From a virus: a DNA stretch of 64,000 bases. Both the position numbers and the translations under genes were made by a program. A model generated the notes under the pieces. The model was not told where the DNA came from. It saw nothing but the letters and a program-made list of their open reading frames with translations, and ran no database searches. Every line of letters starts with the position of its first letter. The first letter of the stretch is position 1. Positions 57,251 to 64,000 of the stretch are shown here, piece after piece. The stretch is taken from IMG/VR virus record IMGVR_UViG_3300037149_000100. One strand, given 5' to 3'.

Positions 57251-57616
57251 ATGGGATGGGGGGAGTGCATCGTGAACTATTTTCAAGAAAAGGCGAATGG
57301 GGCTGACATTGAGTTCACGCTTAACCGACTAAGCTCTTATCACAGGGGGGAATGGACGGTGAGCAACGGGGTTAGTTTCAAGCTTCACCCAAATCGCATG
57401 GCATATGCTTGGGTTGTCAGAGATGGCACTCGAATGGATATGTGGGAAACCAATTCAGGTTATTTGGTTTCGGATCCTCTGCTCAAGCAGTGGCTCTATG
57501 AGGGAGTGGCTCTGTTAGACCAAGAGCTAAAAGAACAAAGTCAGAGATGGGCTGCCGAACGAGCCCAAACAGAAAAAGAATTCGCAGCAATTTACCAACA
57601 ACAGGAGTCTAAATGA
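57251..57616 (+). CDS. hypothetical protein
   Basis: AAGGAGG RBS after GAGTATTA. Confidence 0.6.
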   Translation: MGWGECIVNYFQEKANGADIEFTLNRLSSYHRGEWTVSNGVSFKLHPNRMAYAWVVRDGTRMDMWETNSGYLVSDPLLKQWLYEGVALLDQELKEQSQRWAAERAQTEKEFAAIYQQQESK

Positions 57617-57849
57617 TTATCACGCAAACCGTAGCCGATAGGCTGAAGAACAATCTCATGTTCGACAAGACCAACATCATGGGTGCCCAGGGGGCGATTC
57701 AAATTCTGTTCCGCAATGAGGACCAGCAATCAGTTGAAACCCTCTACTCTCTCCTCCGCAGTATCTCTGAGGGTGCGGATCGGTTGGTTGGGTTGGAAGT
57801 TCCCGATACAGAATTTTCTGGATCGATGGACTACAAAGACCAAAATTGA
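57613..57849 (+). CDS. hypothetical protein
   Basis: AGGAG RBS. Confidence 0.55.
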   Translation: MIITQTVADRLKNNLMFDKTNIMGAQGAIQILFRNEDQQSVETLYSLLRSISEGADRLVGLEVPDTEFSGSMDYKDQN

Positions 57850-57861
57850 GTAATACGTAGT

Positions 57862-57975
57862 AGGCACACGCCTTGCCGGTGTGGTGGTTCCCCTCCCTCC
57901 CACCCCCGGTAGTTTGAAGGACTTGATGATTGGTCCTTGTTCAAGCCCCCACCAAACAGTGGGGGTTCTTTTTTT
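57862..57975 (+). ncRNA. putative small RNA with C-rich anti-SD loop
   Basis: Between GAGTAATA (57848) and a terminator; three hairpins; no credible + ORF. Confidence 0.5.
57944..57975 (+). terminator. intrinsic terminator
   Basis: agcccccac-caaaca-gtgggggtt then T7. Confidence 0.85.
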
Positions 57976-57976
57976 G

Positions 57977-58006
57977 TTGACAAGAAGATTCGATTCTGGC
58001 TATACT
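57977..58006 (+). promoter_or_regulatory. sigma70-type promoter TTGACA-N18-TATACT
   Basis: Near-consensus hexamers. Confidence 0.7.
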
Positions 58007-58061
58007 TAGTTCTTACGGTGCGTCTCGCACAAAACTGAGTATTACATAACAGGAGGAGCAC

Positions 58062-58871
58062 ATGGGACAACCCATCAAGGGCACGATCAGCAATATCATC
58101 TTCATCAAAGGGACCGGGAAGGATAATAGGGCTGCATATCAGGTTGGCACCGAGAGGGTGCCAGCGGCAGTCATTACTCGGCTATTGTCGGCAGTTGAAG
58201 GGGTGTCGGGCTTTCCTTTAGACCGCCACTTCTACCTAGGACTGAAGCGATACCCCGCTTTTATGGATGAGCTAGATGCCCAGGATATCTCTCCTGCCAT
58301 CGCTATCGCAGACCTCCAGAAACTTCAAGAGGGGACTAGTGCATTGTATTCGAGTAACCCCATCAACGCCTCTGGGGCTCGTAATGAGGCAGAAATGGAA
58401 AACATCATTGAGATGTTGACGGGGGTGAAGGTTCGACACTACGTAAAGAGTAACCCTAGGACGCATCTGCGATATGGCGCTGACCCTGAATGTGTGCATC
58501 ACTTTCCCGCACTCCAGAGAGGGCCTCAGAAGCATAAAGTGATTCCGGACCAAACTATGTGGGTTCCAGCCCTCCGTCACACCTACTTTGTGGAGGATAG
58601 AACCCAGACGGTTGGAGGTTCGGTTGACGCAAAGATATATAAGCTCCCCTCCCAGTATTTGAAAAATGGAGACATGTCGAAGGACCAAACTCTGGTGCTT
58701 GTGGCTGATGCCCCTGGCATCCCTGACTACGAAAAAGAAGCTATTGAGAGGGAGTTTCGTGATGCTGGTGCATTAGCGGGACGGAATTACCTGCTTTTCT
58801 GGTCTAAGGTGGATTTCGCAAAGGCATTTTCCAAGCCCATGAGTGAATGGCCAAAGACCCAGGGAGAGTAA
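58062..58871 (+). CDS. PD-(D/E)xK nuclease, type II REase-like
   Basis: IPD...FVEDRTQTVGGSVDAK resembles E-x-K-x-Q-x3-GSVDEK. Confidence 0.55.
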   Translation: MGQPIKGTISNIIFIKGTGKDNRAAYQVGTERVPAAVITRLLSAVEGVSGFPLDRHFYLGLKRYPAFMDELDAQDISPAIAIADLQKLQEGTSALYSSNPINASGARNEAEMENIIEMLTGVKVRHYVKSNPRTHLRYGADPECVHHFPALQRGPQKHKVIPDQTMWVPALRHTYFVEDRTQTVGGSVDAKIYKLPSQYLKNGDMSKDQTLVLVADAPGIPDYEKEAIEREFRDAGALAGRNYLLFWSKVDFAKAFSKPMSEWPKTQGE

Positions 58872-58875
58872 TGTA

Positions 58876-59610
58876 GTGTTGGAATTAAATAGAATCTATT
58901 GCGAGAATTGTTTGGACACGATGCTCAAGCTTCCGAAAGAATGTATAGATTTGGTAGTGACGAGCCCCCCTTATGATGATTTACGATGCTACAATGGCTA
59001 TAGCTTTGATTTTGAGGTAGTCGCTAAGGAGTTGTGTCGTATCCTGAAGCCTGGGGGGGTTATCGTTTGGATAGTGGGAGACTCGGTTCAGAAAGGTTCT
59101 GAGTCTCTTACGTCTTTCAAACAGGCTCTGTTCTTCAAGGGCCTAGGGCTAAATATCCATGACACAATGATTTATGAGAAGAACAGCCCCGCTTATCCAG
59201 CCAGAGCATGTGGCAACCGCTATACACAGATATTCGAATACATGTTCATCGTTACAAAGGGGAAGCCCAAGACGGTCAATTTGATTTGTGATAAACCAAA
59301 CAAGTGGGCTGGATGGAAGGATTTTTCAGGGAAACTGAAGAACCCCGTCCCTGATTTTTCTCCCCGCTGGAACATTTGGCGCTATGTGACGAGCTTCAAT
59401 GGGGTGAAGCACCCCGCTCCCTTTCCTGAAAGTCTTTGTAGGGATCACATTATCACATGGTCTAATCCAGACGATATTGTGTATGACCCTTTCATGGGGA
59501 GTGGAACCACAGCAAAGATGGCCCTGTTGGAGAAAAGAAAGTTTATCGGAAGCGAAATTTCAGAGGCATACTGTCTGATAGCTGAGGAACGAATTAAGAG
59601 TCTCCTATAG
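58876..59610 (+). CDS. beta-class amino DNA methyltransferase (probably N4-cytosine)
   Basis: TSPPY precedes HPAPFP and DPFMGSGTT. Confidence 0.9.
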   Translation: MLELNRIYCENCLDTMLKLPKECIDLVVTSPPYDDLRCYNGYSFDFEVVAKELCRILKPGGVIVWIVGDSVQKGSESLTSFKQALFFKGLGLNIHDTMIYEKNSPAYPARACGNRYTQIFEYMFIVTKGKPKTVNLICDKPNKWAGWKDFSGKLKNPVPDFSPRWNIWRYVTSFNGVKHPAPFPESLCRDHIITWSNPDDIVYDPFMGSGTTAKMALLEKRKFIGSEISEAYCLIAEERIKSLL

Positions 59611-59655
59611 ACAAACTGACCCAATTGAGAGTATAATAGAGAGAAGGAGATTCCG

Positions 59656-59877
59656 ATGTCTGACCCAAGTCTGGTCGCACTGCCCCCTGAGGAAAAGCTG
59701 AAGGCCATCGCTGAACGTCTCCGTGACAAGGTTGCGGATTGGGGGGAGTGGGGTGGCGAGATGTACTGCTACGATGATGGGGAAGCTGCCCGTGATGAAG
59801 GTAAGGCCCTGGCCTACGAACAGGCTGCAGACGACCTGGAATGGATACTTCGTGCGTTCGGATTGGAGAAATCATGA
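59656..59877 (+). CDS. hypothetical early protein
   Basis: AAGGAG RBS, TAGACA-N18-TATAAT upstream. Confidence 0.6.
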   Translation: MSDPSLVALPPEEKLKAIAERLRDKVADWGEWGGEMYCYDDGEAARDEGKALAYEQAADDLEWILRAFGLEKS

Positions 59878-60173
59878 AACACAAGACCAAGACCATCAAT
59901 TACCTCTCGTTCCGCGACATGGTGGCTCGGCTTGTCCCCAGGACGGCAGATGCTGGCCCCGCTGACGGGTTCCCGGTGGTGTTCTGCTTCCCTGGCATCG
60001 TGGAGGGCCTACCGGAATACATGATGGGCACCTACCTGATCGTGTCCTCCATGGTGGCCCAGCATCCGGACATTGCCATAACCCGCCCTGACGTTCTTGC
60101 CCCCAACACCGGTCCCACTGCAATCCGAGAGAATGGCCAGATCGTGGCCGTCAGGGGGTTCCAACGGTTTTAG
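59874..60173 (+). CDS. hypothetical phage protein
   Basis: GLPE..GT.LIVS.MVA...RPDVL.P.TGP.AIR..GQI.AVRGF. Confidence 0.6.
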   Translation: MKHKTKTINYLSFRDMVARLVPRTADAGPADGFPVVFCFPGIVEGLPEYMMGTYLIVSSMVAQHPDIAITRPDVLAPNTGPTAIRENGQIVAVRGFQRF

Positions 60174-60234
60174 AGAGATTCTCAAGGTGCATCCTGCACG
60201 AACCGAGTATTAATAACCAAAAGGAGAAGCCTGA

Positions 60235-60840
60235 ATGCCTACTGGATACACCGCAATGATTTTCGAAGGGGCGACTGCCAAACAGTTCGCCGCTAGATGC
60301 ATGAGGGCATTCGGAGTCGCAGCCCACATGCGAGATGACGACTGGGATAAGGAAGTTCCCCGCCAACTTCTTGAAGACGAAAGCACTTGGCATAAGGAGG
60401 GACTCGAAAAGGCCAAGGCTGAACTGGAAGCATGGCATCTGATGCCTATGATGGATAAAATCATTTGGGCTCAGACTACAATCGATGATCGGATTGCTCG
60501 TTATGAAGCTGAGATTGCTGAAAATGAGATGAACAATTTGAAGTTGAAGAAGACCTTCGTTCTGATTTCCCACATGGCAGTTCCGGAGGAACTCAACAAT
60601 TTTAAGAGCTTCATGCTGGAACAGCTTAGCACCAGCATGGAGGACTCATCCTACTACAGGGAGGAAATCCAGAAGTTTAAAGAGAAGACCCCTGAAAGTT
60701 TCATAGCAGATCATTCGGAACAATTGGGGTGGGTGGTGAAGAATCATCAGAAACGTTTGGAAGAAGGCAGGGAGTGTCTGGTGAAAAATAATCGTATTCT
60801 TGCTCTGATGTGGGCTGCGATTGACAGCATCCCTGAATAG
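60235..60840 (+). CDS. phage protein (MPTGYTA N-terminus)
   Basis: MPTGYTA..F...C.RAFG...MRD; AAGGAG RBS. Confidence 0.7.
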   Translation: MPTGYTAMIFEGATAKQFAARCMRAFGVAAHMRDDDWDKEVPRQLLEDESTWHKEGLEKAKAELEAWHLMPMMDKIIWAQTTIDDRIARYEAEIAENEMNNLKLKKTFVLISHMAVPEELNNFKSFMLEQLSTSMEDSSYYREEIQKFKEKTPESFIADHSEQLGWVVKNHQKRLEEGRECLVKNNRILALMWAAIDSIPE

Positions 60841-60865
60841 TGGTAAAATAAGACAAGGGGTAAGA

Positions 60866-61474
60866 ATGAGCACCGGACTGAGCAGATTTTTCATTGAGTC
60901 CAGCAAGGATATTCCTGGCTGGACGGAGGAGCATAATACGGCCCTGGTCGATCTGATGAACAACCATGATTCAGTATTTTGGGAGGCGTGGATATGGGGG
61001 TTTCGAACAGGCTACCGTAAAGGGGTAGTCCTGGTATCTATCGCCCCGGAGGATCTCCCTGGCCCGTTGAAGTCCAGGGTCGTACCGGTGAGTCGCCAGA
61101 CTGAGTTCGTCACGGTCTGCAAATCTCGTGTGGCCGGTGAGACCCCTCGCAAGAAAACGATGGCTCTGGTGGATGAGTTGCCTGATGCCAAATACATCAC
61201 GGCTGTGCTCTATCATAAGGATGTGCTGGCTGAAGATTCAGACCGCTCCACTGAGTGTGATTGGGAGGTCGTGGCTGTTCTGTGTCAGGTGGACGAGGAA
61301 GAGCCCATGACCCCCGCTACGATGATGAGCAATCATTTCAAAGCGGATGGTGGAACCGCCACCCTGATGAGTCCTGAAACGTTTGAAGCAGAGCTTCGAA
61401 AAGCTTACAACTACTGGAAGAACAGGGCTATGGGAATCACAAAAGAGGAGTGGAACGAAGACAATGGAAATTAG
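60866..61474 (+). CDS. DUF3228-like protein
   Basis: GYRKGVVLV, VLYH, EPMTP.TM..N...GG, Y.YW. Confidence 0.55.
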   Translation: MSTGLSRFFIESSKDIPGWTEEHNTALVDLMNNHDSVFWEAWIWGFRTGYRKGVVLVSIAPEDLPGPLKSRVVPVSRQTEFVTVCKSRVAGETPRKKTMALVDELPDAKYITAVLYHKDVLAEDSDRSTECDWEVVAVLCQVDEEEPMTPATMMSNHFKADGGTATLMSPETFEAELRKAYNYWKNRAMGITKEEWNEDNGN

Positions 61475-61934
61475 TGTGATTTACATCGATCAAGATGGTG
61501 TGCTAGCTCATTTTGATAAATGGAAAGATGCCCAGCCGGGGATCACTAGGGAGACCCTGTGGGATGAGGTGAAGAAAATCCCCCATTTTTATTCCACCCT
61601 AGAGGTAATGCCAGAGGCACACCGGCTCATGAGCTACCTCCAGAGCCTTCACATCCCTTTGGCCATCCTGACGGGCATTCCACGCAGAGCTACGGTGCCA
61701 GATGCAGAACAGGACAAAGCCGAATGGATACTCAAGAATTTTGGCCATATCGAGTTTCACATTGGTCCGTTCGCCCAGGATAAACAGAACTGGTCAGGTC
61801 CCGGTATGGTTTTGATAGATGACAAGCCGATCAACATCCAGCAGTGGGAACAGAAGGGAGGGAAGGGGTTCCTCTACGAGGGATTCCTGGTCCTCTACGA
61901 CGAAATGCAGGAATACCTTAAAGAGAGCATTTAG
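61464..61934 (+). CDS. HAD-family 5'(3')-deoxyribonucleotidase
   Basis: YIDQDGVL, ILTG, K, LIDDK..NI..W...GG. Confidence 0.85.
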   Translation: MEISVIYIDQDGVLAHFDKWKDAQPGITRETLWDEVKKIPHFYSTLEVMPEAHRLMSYLQSLHIPLAILTGIPRRATVPDAEQDKAEWILKNFGHIEFHIGPFAQDKQNWSGPGMVLIDDKPINIQQWEQKGGKGFLYEGFLVLYDEMQEYLKESI

Positions 61935-61993
61935 TCATTTTGGACAGGCAAAAACGCTGTAAAAGACAGCCCCTTAGCTATTAAGGAGATCCG

Positions 61994-62215
61994 ATGGACG
62001 AAGCACAAAGAAGGGCAATTGAGTGGTATTCCCATTACCATAATTCACTTAAAGAAGGAGAAAAATTGGGCTCTCAGGAAGTTAAACATGCTTACCGAAT
62101 TGATGATGACACTCCCGCTGAGGTGTGGTATAATGATACCACGGTCCTAGAGCCGTGGAACCCATCCGAAGCAGACATTCAGATGCTTCATGCATGTGGG
62201 TTCGACTGGCTCTAA
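61994..62215 (+). CDS. hypothetical protein
   Basis: AAGGAG RBS. Confidence 0.55.
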   Translation: MDEAQRRAIEWYSHYHNSLKEGEKLGSQEVKHAYRIDDDTPAEVWYNDTTVLEPWNPSEADIQMLHACGFDWL

Positions 62216-62236
62216 CCTCACCCAAAGGAGCTTCTC

Positions 62237-62401
62237 ATGCATCATCCCATTCTTCTTATCTCCGGCTCCGCCCTCATCGGATGGCTGATCCCCGAGTTTT
62301 TCCTCGCAATCTCTCACAGAAAGTTGACTGTGCCCGCACTGTGCAACATCATTTCCGCCGTGGGCTGTGGCCTTATTGTCGCTGCTATCGTCTGCCACTA
62401 A
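62237..62401 (+). CDS. 54-aa two-TM peptide
   Basis: AAGGAG RBS; not in ORF track. Confidence 0.55.
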   Translation: MHHPILLISGSALIGWLIPEFFLAISHRKLTVPALCNIISAVGCGLIVAAIVCH

Positions 62402-62412
62402 AGGAGCTTCGC

Positions 62413-62577
62413 ATGGTCCCTATCCTCACTGTCAACACTCTCGTGTTCCTGTTTCTTGCCGTCATTTGGCAGCGGAGCGGTGGGTTCAACCTCTTCATGA
62501 AGTTCCTTTTCTGGGGGCTGACTCTGGTCAACGGTGTGACCCTGGCCCATGTGCTGGGATTCGTGGTGAAGGGGTGA
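62413..62577 (+). CDS. 54-aa two-TM peptide
   Basis: AAGGAG RBS. Confidence 0.6.
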   Translation: MVPILTVNTLVFLFLAVIWQRSGGFNLFMKFLFWGLTLVNGVTLAHVLGFVVKG

Positions 62578-62579
62578 GC

Positions 62580-62780
62580 ATGGCTGAGCGTCCAACCATC
62601 GCTGTGGATCTGGAGACCTGGAACATCCTTCTGGAGGAACGGGATTCCTGCTATCAGGCCCTTAAGGATATCATCCGACACCAGTGCTACGTGGCCGGAA
62701 CAATGGCCGTGCATAGTTCCGTTCTGGCTATAGCTCGTCCGGTCGTCCAGAAGATCGAGCAGAGGGCGGATGTGTCATGA
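62580..62780 (+). CDS. hypothetical protein
   Basis: Coupled ORF MAERPT. Confidence 0.5.
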   Translation: MAERPTIAVDLETWNILLEERDSCYQALKDIIRHQCYVAGTMAVHSSVLAIARPVVQKIEQRADVS

Positions 62781-63052
62781 TGCTCAGAGTCGTCAATCCC
62801 CATGACAGCCAGCATTTCCGAGACCGGCTGTTCACCCGGTTTGGCATCCTCCTGACCGCTTCTGACATGTGGCCTCTCCGAGACCAGCTTTGTACACTCA
62901 AGCCGGTCAAGATAGAAGATGGGGTTGCCACTTATCTGATGCGGCTTCAGGGCCGAGTCGTGTATGTGCTCTATGGTATCAAGCAGCAGAGGTTTATTAC
63001 CGCTACTCAACTGAATCACACCGAAACCATGGAGGCTGCGAGACTCAAATGA
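62777..63052 (+). CDS. hypothetical protein
   Basis: H...R...RFG motif; coupled. Confidence 0.55.
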   Translation: MMLRVVNPHDSQHFRDRLFTRFGILLTASDMWPLRDQLCTLKPVKIEDGVATYLMRLQGRVVYVLYGIKQQRFITATQLNHTETMEAARLK

Positions 63053-63213
63053 AAGCGAAATCCTACCAAGACTGGAAGATCCTGGGCTACCACGTTCGGA
63101 GGGGCGAGAAGGCCACCGGAGTAGACAGAGACGGCATTCCTACCTTCACCATCGATCAGACGGACCTGATTGAGGATGAGCTGGACTACCGGGACTGGCA
63201 CGGTCTGGATTAA
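63049..63213 (+). CDS. ArdC N-terminal-like mini protein
   Basis: SYQDWKILGYHVRRGEKA. Confidence 0.5.
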   Translation: MKAKSYQDWKILGYHVRRGEKATGVDRDGIPTFTIDQTDLIEDELDYRDWHGLD

Positions 63214-63261
63214 TTCTATACAAATCCCTCCAAAATCGGGTATAATAGGATAGGAGGGTCT

Positions 63262-63507
63262 ATGACCAAGACCGAAACCCTGGCCAAGCTGCTCACTGAG
63301 GTGGGCCTGAAGGAAGTGACGGACCAACACCGTACCAAGAAATACCGGGTCTTCACTTCCATGGAGGAAGGTAAGTTCTATTTCGTCGGAACCCATGGGG
63401 CTCTGCGGAAGGGAGCAAAGTCCACTGACAGCATTTCGCTGGATGCCGATGTCTACATCGACAAAATCAAGCGCATTCTCAAGAAACGAAAGGAAGATTC
63501 CGAATGA
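63262..63507 (+). CDS. basic hypothetical early protein
   Basis: TATACA-N18-TATAAT and AGGAGG upstream. Confidence 0.65.
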   Translation: MTKTETLAKLLTEVGLKEVTDQHRTKKYRVFTSMEEGKFYFVGTHGALRKGAKSTDSISLDADVYIDKIKRILKKRKEDSE

Positions 63508-63872
63508 AATTCTATCCCAACTCTTTTCTAGTCAAGAAACAAGGGCTCTCTGAGGAAGAAGTAAAGCTCATCGTGCTGAAGCATGAAGAGCGGGAAAAGG
63601 TCTTTGAGCAGATGGAGCGAATAGAGGATCCTCGTATGCTCCACTCTTTTGCCTCCCTGGTGGAACTGATTGAGTTTGAACTCCAGAAGCTTTGGAAGTT
63701 CCCCCAGGATGCCCAACAGCACTGCTGGTGGTTCCGGGTGCCCCACTGTCGCTGCCCTAAGCTGGACAATGCTGAGCGGGTCGGCACCGGCCAGCGAGTC
63801 ATCAACGGAGACTGCCCGGTGCATGGGTTCGAAGAGGAAGTTTCCCGCTTGCCGAATAAGCCCTTGTGCTAG
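63504..63872 (+). CDS. phage Cys/His protein
   Basis: LQKLW.F..D..H....CRCPKLDN...CPVHG. Confidence 0.65.
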   Translation: MKFYPNSFLVKKQGLSEEEVKLIVLKHEEREKVFEQMERIEDPRMLHSFASLVELIEFELQKLWKFPQDAQQHCWWFRVPHCRCPKLDNAERVGTGQRVINGDCPVHGFEEEVSRLPNKPLC

Positions 63873-63909
63873 AATCGCCAAATAGGGTATAATAAGGTGA
63901 GGAGTTAAA

Positions 63910-64000
63910 ATGCTTGAAGTTCAGAAGTTCCTTAAGAACGGCGGAACTCTTGAGATGCTCAAGGCAGACTACGGCATTAGTGCTCGTGTGAACGAGAGGC
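63910..64000 (+). CDS. 3'-truncated ORF, possible Rnl1-type RNA ligase N-terminus
   Basis: GAGGAG RBS; MLEVQKFL...LEML...YGI. Confidence 0.35.
   Translation, partial: MLEVQKFLKNGGTLEMLKADYGISARVNER

Noticed and set aside
1-64000. Genome-wide stop-codon reassignment (prompted by 38077/38089)
   Set aside because: Long conserved genes are uninterrupted, and TAG, TGA and TAA all end genes whose neighbours start immediately with their own RBS
1-64000. Minus-strand ORFs in the track
   Set aside because: They are antisense shadows of well-supported + genes and have no recognisable motifs
1-64000. CRISPR array, DGR or retron
   Set aside because: No spaced direct-repeat array, reverse transcriptase or TR/VR pair was seen by eye

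Overview
A 64-kb segment of a large (probably jumbo) tailed dsDNA phage genome. Essentially every credible gene is on the + strand and the genetic code is standard. Virion and packaging genes (terminase large subunit, portal, candidate head proteins, Ig/FN3 tail proteins, collagen-like fibre) are interleaved with replication and recombination genes (family-A DNA polymerase, split primase, split SbcC plus SbcD, RecA, RuvC-like, SSB, SNF2 helicase, clamp-loader-like, NAD ligase, ThyX). Most notable: (1) an apparently autonomous transcription programme, with a phage sigma factor, two more sigma-region-4-like proteins, a NusG paralogue and three recurring upstream motif classes (TA[T/G]ACR-N18-TATAAT; GAGTAWTA; ACT-N~11-purine box folded into SD-occluding hairpins). 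(2) Clusters of [KR]-x-[AS] motifs in head-associated proteins that may be maturation-protease sites releasing cargo domains from a polyprotein. (3) A volactin-like actin homologue next to NusG and envelope proteins. (4) Two unannotated structured RNAs: a tRNA-like RNA behind an Rmf-like peptide, and an anti-SD-loop sRNA upstream of a nuclease/MTase pair. (5) Several split or catalytically degenerate proteins and an intact hemerythrin. All family calls come from motif recognition by eye; no searches were run.
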